Source: Candidatus Campbellbacteria bacterium | GTDB taxonomy: Bacteria > Patescibacteriota > Minisyncoccia > Phycocordibacterales > EsbW-18 | Direction of reading: 5' to 3' | Assembly (NCBI GenBank): GCA_016699465.1 | Contig: CP064977.1 | Location: forward strand, 478,503 to 542,502 | DNA length: 64,000 nucleotides | In this document: positions 28,744-38,010 of the stretch, piece after piece | How positions within the stretch are numbered: the stretch's first letter is position 1 | Layout of the letters: every line of letters begins with the position of its first letter | Translations under genes and position numbers: made by a program | The notes under the pieces: generated by a model | Database searches by the model: none | Seen by the model: only the letters and a program-made list of their open reading frames with translations | What the model was told of the DNA's origin: nothing

Positions 28744-29826
28744 TTACTTTTCAATAAGCGTCTGTGCTTCGGTTGTTCCAACATCAACAATATCAAAACG
28801 TACACGACCAATGACTTGGCCACGTGCAGTTTCAACCGACACACGCCAACTACCCGCTTGAAGATTTTCCTTCATGGAATATCCTCGATAGCCACCATCA
28901 CTTCCACCAGTAATCGGGAACGAGACACTGCTCATTGTTTTCCACGTGTTTCCTTCTTTGTATTGCCAGTTGTGAACGATTGCCGTGGAAAGCTTTGTGG
29001 GAGCAAATACCGACGTCCATACATACACAGGTTCTGCAGGTGTACGGTGGTATATTTCAGATAATCGAATGTAGTCAGAAAGAGTGTGTGGTTCAACGGA
29101 AAGTCTGTACCCGTCGTCAACACGAACCACACTATGTGCTACGGAAAAATCTTTCAATGCGAGTGGTACGGGAGGAATGATATTAGTAGCGTATGCAATC
29201 ATATACACAATCGTGACCATACCAATGCTCTGCATGAGCACATGGCGAACTTCATACACATGTTCTCGTGAAAAAAACGTGAGTAGTATGATGAAACAGT
29301 AGACAAGAATAATACTGATACACACACTCACCAAAAATTGAAACACTCCAATTGAGTGCAGAATAACAGGCACAAGAAGCACACTAAACGAAAGGAGTGC
29401 AATGAAGAAGATACTCACACGAAACACCATCCGCTCATATCGTGCGCGGAATGTTTCATTTCCGATAAGCATTCCTACAAGAAATAACATGAATGGCCAA
29501 CTTGCAGAAAACGAGGCACTGCGGAAGTAGAACACGACCAGTGCGCTAAACAAACCACCGAATACCACCTGCATTGTGAGCGGTGCAACTGTAACGGCCC
29601 ACTGCAATACCTTGTGCTGAGCAACCCGTGCTTCTTGTAGTGCGAGAACGATGATACAAAAACCAACAATACAGAGATACACAAAGAGAACAAGTTGGTT
29701 TGATAAGAGATCTATACGACTGAGCGTGAGTGAGTCCATAATAAAACCAAACACAAGCGCAACGGCCGACAGAGGTCGCTCATGCTGTTCAAGGTAGTTT
29801 TTTACTTTATGAAACGTTTCGCGCAT
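28744..29826 (-). CDS. Polytopic membrane protein with a C-terminal extracytoplasmic beta-rich domain
   Basis: 360 aa, about 8 TM segments, then a soluble domain. Confidence 0.5.
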   Translation of the reverse strand: MRETFHKVKNYLEQHERPLSAVALVFGFIMDSLTLSRIDLLSNQLVLFVYLCIVGFCIIVLALQEARVAQHKVLQWAVTVAPLTMQVVFGGLFSALVVFYFRSASFSASWPFMLFLVGMLIGNETFRARYERMVFRVSIFFIALLSFSVLLVPVILHSIGVFQFLVSVCISIILVYCFIILLTFFSREHVYEVRHVLMQSIGMVTIVYMIAYATNIIPPVPLALKDFSVAHSVVRVDDGYRLSVEPHTLSDYIRLSEIYHRTPAEPVYVWTSVFAPTKLSTAIVHNWQYKEGNTWKTMSSVSFPITGGSDGGYRGYSMKENLQAGSWRVSVETARGQVIGRVRFDIVDVGTTEAQTLIEK

Positions 29827-29917
29827 ATATGTAGAATAACACCAGAACTATGAACTACGCGACTTCGTTGCATTGTGTAAACGTAAGGTATAGAGTTGCC
29901 TTAGAAAGGAGGCGGCC

Positions 29918-30106
29918 ATGAAGCGCAAACTCTGTTGGGCAATCCTCAAGAACTTTGGACGCCTCCTCTCCTGGGATTTCTGGGAGAAGACTGTTCGAAA
30001 CCCGGACTTTCCGGCTTGGCTATTCGTCAAAATGACCGTGCTGTCGGCTCTCTACGACATCGTGCTCATGGCCACCAAGCCCGGGTACCCGTCTTCGACG
30101 GATTAG
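29918..30106 (+). CDS. Hypothetical small protein, GC-rich micro-gene
   Basis: 62 aa. AGAAAGGAGG precedes the ATG, and a TTGCAT-17-TAGAGT promoter-like sequence lies upstream. A GGTCCTA...TAGGACC hairpin follows at 30106-30132. Confidence 0.4.
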   Translation: MKRKLCWAILKNFGRLLSWDFWEKTVRNPDFPAWLFVKMTVLSALYDIVLMATKPGYPSSTD

Positions 30107-30232
30107 GTCCTATGCCGCAGTGGTGTAGGACCTTCTTCTTGTCTAACTTTACTCAGTAAGAGAGGATTTGGTCACGTGTAATTTTCTGCTGAAAATTCAC
30201 GCGACCCCGGCTCGGCCCGTCGGCCTCCGCCT

Positions 30233-30249
30233 TTCAAATCCTCTCCTGC
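30233..30249. repeat. 17 nt inverted copy of the tRNA-Leu 3' end (TTCAAATCCTCTCCTGC)
   Basis: It is the exact reverse complement of the T-loop-to-acceptor segment of the tRNA-Leu gene 56 bp away. Confidence 0.7.
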
Positions 30250-30304
30250 TCGTTACATACTGAATACAAAAAAGAATGGCATAGGCCATTCTTTTTTGAT
30301 TCTG

Positions 30305-30388
30305 TGCGCAGGAGAGGATTTGAACCTCCAAGCCCTTGCGGGCGCTACCACCTCAAGGTAGTGCGTCTACCAATTTCGCCACCTGCGC
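30305..30388 (-). tRNA. tRNA-Leu (GAG)
   Basis: Cloverleaf built by hand with a long variable arm. Anticodon loop CTTGAGGT/ TTGAGGT, with GAG in the centre. Confidence 0.85.
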
Positions 30389-30478
30389 GTGAGGGCAGTA
30401 TAAACCAAAGTTGTCATATAGAAAAGAGAATGGCACCCCCGCTTGCGCAGGAGTGCCATCGCACCGTGGGCGACGCCG

Positions 30479-30718
30479 TTAGAAGACGTTGCGGAGGCTC
30501 CACGAAGCGTTGTCGGCGCAGTCCAGACGAATGCCGACAGTAAAGGGGGTACCGGGACTGAGTCCCCTCTTGTTCCACTTCGCCTGGATAATCGGAGAGA
30601 GGTCATAGAAGACCATCCCACCGTGCTCCCTGCGGTCGATCACGACGCAGACGGCTTCGGTCCCAACCTCCTCGAAGATGGCCCAATCACCCCGTATGAA
30701 TCCGATTCCAACTTTCAT
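30479..30718 (-). CDS. Hypothetical small protein, GC-rich micro-gene
   Basis: 79 aa. CAGAAAGGAGCTGTAC precedes the ATG. GC is high. Confidence 0.4.
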   Translation of the reverse strand: MKVGIGFIRGDWAIFEEVGTEAVCVVIDRREHGGMVFYDLSPIIQAKWNKRGLSPGTPFTVGIRLDCADNASWSLRNVF

Positions 30719-30938
30719 GTACAGCTCCTTTCTGAACGGTTGGGTGGGTCGCGTTGTTTGCTACTCTGGGGTCATATTGCTCCAAAAAACATCTGTGGTC
30801 AACCACGTTAGAGAATCAGATTTTATCTGCCACAAAAGTGTATATCTTGAGATTAAATTATAAAAACATAACTATTTTGCAAAAACACACCATCTCTAAC
30901 GTGGTCAATGACTTCCCTAGCGAACGAAAAACAGCGGC

Positions 30939-31382
30939 TTATGCCGCTGTTTCTTGAGTTGTTGTTTCTTCTGCAACCACTTCGTCTGCGATTTCTTCCT
31001 TTGCATTTCCTGTTGAAATATTGACGGTGTGCATTTTACGCATCTGTCGGCGAATCTCACGTGCTGCCTTGTCACGGATGTGATAGAGCTTTGCACGACG
31101 TGTTTTTACACGACGAGTAATCTCAATTTTATCAATTGCAGGAGAGTAAAGTGGAAAAATTTTCTCAACACCGTATCCGCCAGATACTCGGCGAACAGTA
31201 AATGTTGCTCCTGGTGTTGTGCCACCTTTTCGGCCAAGAATAGTACCCTCAAATGCCTGAAGACGTACTTTTCCCTTTTCCTCAACCTTAACCCACACAC
31301 GAACAGTATCACCCGCCCGGAGAGGGAGTGCCTTTCGTTCGTCCATGTTTACCGGTGATATTTTTGTTGCTTTTTGTGCCAT
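30939..31382 (-). CDS. rplS: 50S ribosomal protein L19
   Basis: [26 protein letters not shown]19 signature. The start is at MAQKATK; the ORF may extend 6 codons further. Confidence 0.9.
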   Translation of the reverse strand: MAQKATKISPVNMDERKALPLRAGDTVRVWVKVEEKGKVRLQAFEGTILGRKGGTTPGATFTVRRVSGGYGVEKIFPLYSPAIDKIEITRRVKTRRAKLYHIRDKAAREIRRQMRKMHTVNISTGNAKEEIADEVVAEETTTQETAA

Positions 31383-31471
31383 ATTTTGTGAAGAGACCAT
31401 ACTCTAGCACGATAAAATCGTATACGCAAACGGCCCGTCGGAGTGCCACCACTCCGACGGGCCTTGTTGTT

Positions 31472-31924
31472 CTACTGAGGAGAAACCCACTCCACAGACA
31501 GTTCCTTCTCGCCCACCTGAAACGAGATGAGTGTCGAGTGAGGATGTGGACCAATGCCCGTCTCGAAGATCTTGATCCCCTCTATGGTCGCAACTTCATG
31601 AACGTAGCGCCAAAAGCCTGGCCCGCCGATATGCGGCGAAAACATACCCGCCGCCTCGTCTAGAATCCTACAGACAAGTTTCTGCTCAGGTTCCATCGGT
31701 ATCTTCTCCTTTTTTTGGTTACCCGCATGAGACACCGCGTAGAGATACGCTTCCTCGAATGCGTCACCCTTTGGAGTCCGGTTTTTGTACCCGAGCTCCT
31801 TAGCCCGCTCACGAAGTGAAAGTCCGAGCGCGCCGGCAATAGCACCATTGAGCGCAGCATTCCAAATGCGAATATTTTCTGGATCTGCATCAAGCCACTC
31901 GAGTACTTGATCCGGAAGCGGCAT
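31472..31924 (-). CDS. Hypothetical protein, GC-rich, with a strong RBS
   Basis: 150 aa. TTAAGGAGGTCGTTT precedes the ATG. Confidence 0.45.
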   Translation of the reverse strand: MPLPDQVLEWLDADPENIRIWNAALNGAIAGALGLSLRERAKELGYKNRTPKGDAFEEAYLYAVSHAGNQKKEKIPMEPEQKLVCRILDEAAGMFSPHIGGPGFWRYVHEVATIEGIKIFETGIGPHPHSTLISFQVGEKELSVEWVSPQ

Positions 31925-32057
31925 AAACGACCTCCTTAAGAACTACCCCTGGTGCGAAAGATACCAAGCTCCTAAAACTTTGCAAGTATTTTAAAAGACA
32001 GGCCCCAATGTGACAGTCAACAATTGTCACACTGGGGCCTGTTACGTCGCTGAGTCT

Positions 32058-32192
32058 TCACTTGCCGCGCTGGAGAAAGTTGCCCTTGACCCAGGGCTTG
32101 ACCACAGTTTCGCCCGCGCACCTCATGAACACCCAGAGCGCAATGATGAGAAGAACGACAACTAACGCGAGACCGGCGATTACCCATTTCAC
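32058..32192 (-). CDS. Possible 44 aa membrane micro-protein (GTG start)
   Basis: AGGGAGAAACCTAAA precedes a GTG start. The product is VKWVIAGLALVVVLLIIALWVFMRC.... GC-rich, and below the ORF-track length cutoff. Confidence 0.3.
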   Translation of the reverse strand: MKWVIAGLALVVVLLIIALWVFMRCAGETVVKPWVKGNFLQRGK

Positions 32193-32278
32193 TTTAGGTT
32201 TCTCCCTTGTGGTTGGTCCGCGAAATTGCAACTACCAACGAGAATATTAAAGTAATACTTTGTATTTATCAATACCTC

Positions 32279-33004
32279 CTACTTTTCCTCTTTTTTGAGA
32301 AGTTTCTCCGCTTGGACAAAATCAGGTGGCAACGGAGCCTCCACAGTTATCTGTTTACCTGAAGGAAGGATGAGTGAGAGCGAACATGCGTGCAGCGCAA
32401 GACGCTCAAAGCCGAGTGCCCTTTCTTGTTTTGGTGCATAGAGACGATCACAGAGCACGGGATGATTAATTGCCTTGAGGTGTACACGAATTTGGTGTGT
32501 ACGTCCTGTTTTTGGACGTAATTCAAGATAGGTATGTTGCGCCCCACGTTCCAGTACGTTGTATTGTGTTATTGCGTCACGCATAACACCGCGCGCACCT
32601 CGTTGTGCAGACCACAAACGTGGATCAGTTCTACTTTTTCCAATCGGACGATTAATGACATCTGTTTCTTTTTTTACAATACCGTACACAAACGCACGGT
32701 AGATTTTTGTTGCCTCTCGTTCTTGAAAAACACACTTAAGATGCACGAATGCATCCTCTGTTTTTGCAATCACAAGTACACCAGATGTATCGGTATCAAG
32801 ACGGTGCACAATACCAGGTCTATCCACCATCATGCCGTTTGAAAGCATTTGTGGTTCACCTACCGTTGCACTTTCTGGATACTGTTCAATCACCCAATCG
32901 GTAAGTGTTTGCCCTTTTGTATACCCATCTTCATGCACCATGACACCACTCGGTTTGTTGACGAATACAACATCGTCGTCTTCGTATAGAATTTTTATGT
33001 TCAT
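32279..33004 (-). CDS. RluA-family pseudouridine synthase
   Basis: HRLDTDTSGVLVIAKT catalytic Asp motif. The start was chosen at MNIKILYEDDD, because the MDFELYTIIV extension is repeat-derived. Confidence 0.85.
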   Translation of the reverse strand: MNIKILYEDDDVVFVNKPSGVMVHEDGYTKGQTLTDWVIEQYPESATVGEPQMLSNGMMVDRPGIVHRLDTDTSGVLVIAKTEDAFVHLKCVFQEREATKIYRAFVYGIVKKETDVINRPIGKSRTDPRLWSAQRGARGVMRDAITQYNVLERGAQHTYLELRPKTGRTHQIRVHLKAINHPVLCDRLYAPKQERALGFERLALHACSLSLILPSGKQITVEAPLPPDFVQAEKLLKKEEK

Positions 33005-33108
33005 AACAATGATAGTGTAAAGCTCAAAGTCCAAAGCTTAAAAAATAAACTGGGTGTTCTGACTTTTTTGGATTTTGTGCTTTAGATTTTGGATTTTTTA
33101 CAGAGTTT

Positions 33109-33378
33109 TTACTGTATAGAAAACTCTGTAAGTTTTTCTGTTGCTTCTCTCCATTCTACCTGTACATCTCGAACATGCGCAAGAAATGGACCTTTGTGCA
33201 GGTGCTCAACGAGTCGTTTGAGCTTGTCTTCTGGTCCCTGTGCCACAACCTTTAATTCTCCAACACCTTGATTCTGTACAAAGCCTTGAAGCCAGAGGGC
33301 ACTTGCGTGCCTTTTAACAAATTCTCGGAATCCAACATTCTGGACCTTCCCTAACACCAATACCTCTATTTCATGCAT
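33109..33378 (-). CDS. acyP: Acylphosphatase
   Basis: VQNVGFREFV and GFVQNQGVGELKVVAQG acylphosphatase signatures. Start at MHEIEVLV. Confidence 0.8.
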   Translation of the reverse strand: MHEIEVLVLGKVQNVGFREFVKRHASALWLQGFVQNQGVGELKVVAQGPEDKLKRLVEHLHKGPFLAHVRDVQVEWREATEKLTEFSIQ

Positions 33379-33519
33379 ACCTCTATTGTGACTGTTGAAT
33401 ATGAAATGTAAATAAGGTATCGTGTACGGACACAGCAAGCATGTTGTGTCGTTGGACGCTTGGCCCCGCTTGCGCTAAAGCTTCGGCTGGGCACGTCAGT
33501 TGATAGAACAAGTATATTT

Positions 33520-33592
33520 GGGCGCTTAGCTCAGTTGGTAGAGCAACTCTTTTACACAGAGAAGGTCGGGGGTTCGAATCCCTCAGCGCCCA
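33520..33592 (+). tRNA. tRNA-Val (TAC)
   Basis: Cloverleaf built by hand. Anticodon loop TTTACAC. One A-A mismatch at the base of the anticodon stem. Confidence 0.7.
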
Positions 33593-33596
33593 CAGT

Positions 33597-33640
33597 GATA
33601 AAATCTGGTCGAGTTTACTCGGCCAGATTTTATTATTTTC
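33597..33640 (+). terminator. Intrinsic terminator after tRNA-Val
   Basis: AAAATCTGGTCGAG-tttact-CGGCCAGATTTT followed by ATTATTTT. Confidence 0.55.
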
Positions 33641-33898
33641 GTGCTAAGGGATTCAAAAGGCGCAGACACACCTCCTGTGAAAGATGAAATGCCGAGCCAT
33701 GGTCGCGAACACTTTACATTTTGGCGCGCATGCGACAAAAAGCTTAGTGATTCATAACCGAATCCCCCACACAAACAAAGAAACGAGGCATGCAGTGTTC
33801 TGCAACTATTGGTTTGTGTAGCGCTGAGGGATTCGACAAAGAAAATTTCTTTGAAACGAACAAAAAATATTGACCAGAAGCAGGTTTTTTGTTTTTTG

Positions 33899-33970
33899 TC
33901 CTCCCGGCAGGAATCGAACCTACATCAAGAGCTTAGAAGTCTCCTGTTTTATCCATTAAACTACGGGAGG
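33899..33970 (-). tRNA. tRNA-Arg (TCT)
   Basis: Cloverleaf built by hand. Anticodon loop CTTCTAA. Confidence 0.7.
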
Positions 33971-34273
33971 AATGCTTTTGCCAAAAAATTTAAACTCTTT
34001 GTACGTTTTTCTTCGATGACAATTTGCACAACGCACAGTGCACTTCTTTATTTCTTTCAAAACCGACTCCCAAGAATAGTGTCCTGAAAGCATTTTTGAT
34101 ACCGATTTAAACTTCTCTGCACGGTTTTTATGATCAAAATCCAATACTATAGGATCTTGTTCACCGCAGTCAACACACGACTTTGTAGACAAAAACTCAA
34201 ATAATTTTCTTCGCACACCAATTCGGTGACGTTTTTGTGCTTTATAGAGGTCTTCTCGATGCTTGTAAGGCAT
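33956..34273 (-). CDS. HNH endonuclease
   Basis: CVDCGEQDPIVLDFDHK...N...CANCHRRKT beta-beta-alpha-Me/zinc motif. The last 5 codons overlap the 5' end of tRNA-Arg. Confidence 0.65.
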   Translation of the reverse strand: MPYKHREDLYKAQKRHRIGVRRKLFEFLSTKSCVDCGEQDPIVLDFDHKNRAEKFKSVSKMLSGHYSWESVLKEIKKCTVRCANCHRRKTYKEFKFFGKSIPPVV

Positions 34274-34315
34274 ATGGAGGATTATACTACAAAGTTCTAA
34301 CCCTACCACTAGCGT

Positions 34316-34633
34316 CTATCTTGGTTCTGGAATGGCGACGCCATGTATTTTTCTGTATTCAAATTCAACCGCTCGACGAGAAAATACTTCGAGTGTTGTT
34401 CGAATGTTTGTTCTATCAACTTCTTCTGTCCTTGGAACATCCACGGGAGGTGTAATCGTTTTGTTCATATTTTTTACTTGGAGAAAAAATACTAACGAGA
34501 GTGCAATTCCTACGCTATCAACAAGTATCACACAACACAGAACACGCACCCACACGCTATCTGATGATTGCGTTGTAAAAAAGGTACGCGCCTTTTTTTC
34601 TATATGTTGTTCTAAGTCGTGAAGAGATGCCAT
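34316..34633 (-). CDS. Small membrane protein in the pilMNO cluster (possibly a PilP-like component)
   Basis: One TM segment plus a short periplasmic tail. The role is inferred from operon context only. Confidence 0.35.
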   Translation of the reverse strand: MASLHDLEQHIEKKARTFFTTQSSDSVWVRVLCCVILVDSVGIALSLVFFLQVKNMNKTITPPVDVPRTEEVDRTNIRTTLEVFSRRAVEFEYRKIHGVAIPEPR

Positions 34634-34635
34634 GA

Positions 34636-35190
34636 TTATTTCTTTAATGCTATTGAGAGTGCTGCACGCACAACCCACAACGGAGCACCTTTCGCTCCAT
34701 CTACACGCTCCACTGTTTCAAGTGTTGCCTGAGTCACCCGTGCATGAAACGGAAGCGAATCAAGAAGTCCAAGAAGTTGTGTCATTTGTTTCCACGATCC
34801 CTCAGAAAGAATGCTTGCCACAAACGTCCCCTCACGTGTGAGCGGGTCTTCCCCTTCTACTTGAACTTGTAGCACGGAAACGGGAGTTCCAACCACACGA
34901 CGAAGTCCTTCAATATCTTCAATAATTGAAATGATATCATTCGGCGTTTTAAAAAATGTATTTACCAACGCCCGCTCTTCTTTTAAACTCGAAAGAACTC
35001 CTGCGGTATCTCGTACGTTTCGTTCGCGCTCAACTTGCACTAACAGTTCTTCTTGGGTGAGAAGAATTTCAGCATGATACTGATTCGTACGAATAAGTAC
35101 CCACACGTACATACCGACACACACAACCGCCACAAGAGCTGCTGCATACACCGCGTAGTATCGTTTTATTTTTTGAACTACTGTTGTCAT
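34636..35190 (-). CDS. pilO: Type IV pilus assembly protein PilO-like
   Basis: N-terminal TM segment, a coiled-coil and a C-terminal domain, in the operon position after pilN. Confidence 0.55.
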   Translation of the reverse strand: MTTVVQKIKRYYAVYAAALVAVVCVGMYVWVLIRTNQYHAEILLTQEELLVQVERERNVRDTAGVLSSLKEERALVNTFFKTPNDIISIIEDIEGLRRVVGTPVSVLQVQVEGEDPLTREGTFVASILSEGSWKQMTQLLGLLDSLPFHARVTQATLETVERVDGAKGAPLWVVRAALSIALKK

Positions 35191-35885
35191 GGTGTTATAC
35201 GCTGCACCTCAGGGGACGTCGTACCACCCAGAGTCCCTTGTGTTGTCGACGACGTAAGAGTGCTCACTGTGCGCACCGACGAGGATGTTGCCGTTGTTGT
35301 AGATGATTCAAGATATTCAATAGGATTTCCTATTGCAGTAAGTACAAGTGTTATCACAAAATCAATATCTGCACTTCGTGCCAAACTTGAAACCGGAACA
35401 TCTACTCGAGAAAAAAGTGGTGATGAGCGAAGTGAATCACCAAGCGCAATGAGCGCCGTGCGAGTTTGGGCACGCCCCGTAAGTGTTACTGCGACTTCTG
35501 CCCCCTTGGCACCATACGATATATTGTGCACAGAAACGCCTGTAGGAATACGGGGCATAACATCTTGTAAAATAGATGTGAGAGACCTCTGAGAAAGCAC
35601 GCCTTGCAATAAGTCGGAGCGATCCTGTAAATCAGTAAGTACCTCTGTGCCACTCTGCTTACGCTGTAAATCAACAAGTGTTTTTGTCGCAGCAAGCTGG
35701 TCTTTTAAACCACCAATAGCTGATGTGGTGACTATCCACGAAGGAACCAAAAAAAGACCCAGAAGCACAAGTGAACAAATACCAAACACTAACACCACCA
35801 AAAGAATTCTTCTCCGGTGTTCCCATGCAACAGTGCGTTGATTTTTTATTGGGAGCAAATTAATCACATGTGTATTGTAACGCAT
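35187..35885 (-). CDS. pilN: Type IV pilus assembly protein PilN-like
   Basis: INLLP motif at the N-terminus, a TM segment, and a periplasmic domain with a Ser/Thr-rich tail. Confidence 0.6.
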   Translation of the reverse strand: MRYNTHVINLLPIKNQRTVAWEHRRRILLVVLVFGICSLVLLGLFLVPSWIVTTSAIGGLKDQLAATKTLVDLQRKQSGTEVLTDLQDRSDLLQGVLSQRSLTSILQDVMPRIPTGVSVHNISYGAKGAEVAVTLTGRAQTRTALIALGDSLRSSPLFSRVDVPVSSLARSADIDFVITLVLTAIGNPIEYLESSTTTATSSSVRTVSTLTSSTTQGTLGGTTSPEVQRITP

Positions 35886-35938
35886 CGCACACTTTCTGAA
35901 ATACCCCGCGCACGTGGAATACTTTTTTGTAACAAACG

Positions 35939-37033
35939 CTATTCGTGAAGTGCGAGACCTATTGCGGACGCATATCCCAACGATTCAGCAAACGACATTT
36001 CCGGAACATACCCCTCCAAAGAAAAAGCATTCACCCACACATTTCCAACTTCAACAGGAATGTGCAACTGAGCAGAGAGATAATCCGCAAGACCGTGCAT
36101 ATTTGCATTCCCCCCAGAAAGAAATACTCGCTCAATAGGAATACGCGGGGCACTGGCATCTTTACTATCTTTGTGCGTCTGCCAATAGACGATGTACCGA
36201 TCTAATTCCGTGGTTATATTTTTTACGAACGTATCAAGTCCTCCACGAATGGCCGCATCTCCTGCAAAACGCATTCCTTCTTCATTTTTTATTCGCACTA
36301 TTTCTTCTTCTGTCATTTCTGGACGCGCCATACGCATCGCATCATCAACACTGTCTCCTCCAATTGCAACGGTCGCGGTAAAACGCACAGATTGTCCACG
36401 AACAACCGAGATACCAGAACGCGTTTTACCAATATCAACAACCATACATGCTCCCATAAAAGATTTTGGGACAATGGCACGTGCAATTGCTTGTGCCTCT
36501 ATTTCAAGGGACAGTGGTTCAAGACCTGCTGACATAAGAAGATCTGTGTACTCCTGTGAAGCGGTTTGTGGATACGCAGATACAGATACCAAACGCTGAT
36601 CTCCAACAGGTGGCGTATTTTGCACTACATCAAAATCAAATACCGCCTCTGCTGGAGCGAGTGGCACATTTTCTGCCAACTTAAACTCGAGAACATCTCG
36701 CACCTCTTTGTCGGAAATGTTTGCCGGAACGTACGCAGGAAAAATGTACCCCTCTTCCTCAGGAAGTGATGCTCGCACAAAGTGAAGCACGTGCTCTTCT
36801 CGAAAACGTGATAATACCTCAATGAGTTTTAGTGCATCAACCACCCTTCCATTAACAACAACTCCCTTTGGAATAGTTGCCGCTCCATAGCCACTCACTC
36901 GTCTGCCGTGCGTATGACTTTTTGAAAATGTTAAAAATTTTACAGAGTGATCAGATACATCAATACCAGCAGCTGGCGTTGTGAGATACGCTGGTGTTGG
37001 AAAAAGAGAAAGAACTCGTGACGAAAAGGTCAT
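35939..37033 (-). CDS. pilM: Type IV pilus assembly ATPase-like protein PilM (actin-like fold)
   Basis: FtsA/PilM-like architecture with ATP-binding motifs (GIDVSDHSVKF, DIGKTRSGISV). Confidence 0.75.
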   Translation of the reverse strand: MTFSSRVLSLFPTPAYLTTPAAGIDVSDHSVKFLTFSKSHTHGRRVSGYGAATIPKGVVVNGRVVDALKLIEVLSRFREEHVLHFVRASLPEEEGYIFPAYVPANISDKEVRDVLEFKLAENVPLAPAEAVFDFDVVQNTPPVGDQRLVSVSAYPQTASQEYTDLLMSAGLEPLSLEIEAQAIARAIVPKSFMGACMVVDIGKTRSGISVVRGQSVRFTATVAIGGDSVDDAMRMARPEMTEEEIVRIKNEEGMRFAGDAAIRGGLDTFVKNITTELDRYIVYWQTHKDSKDASAPRIPIERVFLSGGNANMHGLADYLSAQLHIPVEVGNVWVNAFSLEGYVPEMSFAESLGYASAIGLALHE

Positions 37034-37119
37034 GCCTCTATTCTACTCACGACAGAGAACAAGCGCAATAAAAAATGTGTTATTGTCGAACAAAAAGAGA
37101 AAGGTTTCGAAACACAGAC

Positions 37120-37458
37120 TTATCCTAAACGGGCTCCTGGCGGTATGTCTGTATCAGGAATAATGAAAGAAAACTTTCGTTCTTCACCCTCGCCCATAGA
37201 CGCGGCAAATAACATACCATTACTCTCAAGTCCTTTAATGATGCGCGGTTCAAGGTTTACTACAAACGCCGTTTTCTTTCCGACGAGTGTCTGAATATCA
37301 GAAACGTACTGTTTAATTCCAGAAACAATTTGTCGTGGTGAACCCTCTCCAAAATCAACAGACAATTTTAGAAGCTTGTCTGTTTCAGGAACTTCCTCAA
37401 CAGAAAGAATCTGCCCGATACGAATGTCTGCTTCGTGTAGTTGGTCGATAGTAATCAT
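37120..37458 (-). CDS. tRNA-binding domain protein (CsaA/Trbp111-like)
   Basis: LDIRIGQILSVEEVP..DKLLKLSVDFG OB-fold tRNA-binding signature. The MDFELILIY extension is repeat-derived. Confidence 0.75.
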   Translation of the reverse strand: MITIDQLHEADIRIGQILSVEEVPETDKLLKLSVDFGEGSPRQIVSGIKQYVSDIQTLVGKKTAFVVNLEPRIIKGLESNGMLFAASMGEGEERKFSFIIPDTDIPPGARLG

Positions 37459-37522
37459 ATATATAAGTATAAGTTCAAAATCCAAATATCAAAATCCAAA
37501 AAATTATTTTTCTTTCTACTTT

Positions 37523-37909
37523 CTACTTGCTCGCTCGTTTTCTATCTAAAAATCTCTGTAAAATAATTGCAGCTGCAGATGCGTCTATCATACTATTTGC
37601 TCCCGTAAATCGTGTTGCTTCCTGTGAGGAAAACCACTCGTGTTCAAACACCACTGGCACAGTAGTTTCTTTTTCAAGATTTTTTTTAAAATTCTGAATT
37701 TCAGGCATAATCACATTATCGTTTCCTTTCGTATCTGCTGAATATCCAAGCACAATAATATTCACATGCTCTTTTTGCGCAATCGCAACAATATCCGACA
37801 CAAGCGTGTGTGTGTTTTGCAAAACCTCCCGTGGAAACGCGAGCGTTTCACTGGTGTCCGACAGCGCGATACCTACGCGTTTTGTTCCATAATCAATGCC
37901 GAGGATCAT
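37523..37909 (-). CDS. ruvX: Putative pre-16S rRNA nuclease / Holliday junction resolvase-like RuvX (YqgF)
   Basis: MILGIDYGTKRVGIALSD N-terminal motif. Confidence 0.85.
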   Translation of the reverse strand: MILGIDYGTKRVGIALSDTSETLAFPREVLQNTHTLVSDIVAIAQKEHVNIIVLGYSADTKGNDNVIMPEIQNFKKNLEKETTVPVVFEHEWFSSQEATRFTGANSMIDASAAAIILQRFLDRKRASK

Positions 37910-38010
37910 GACAATATAACTATAATATACGACCACACATTCTAATAATTCACCTTTATAAAAACTTAGAGGGGTCGCGCATAGCGACCCCTTTCAAAAC
38001 CCATCTCTCA

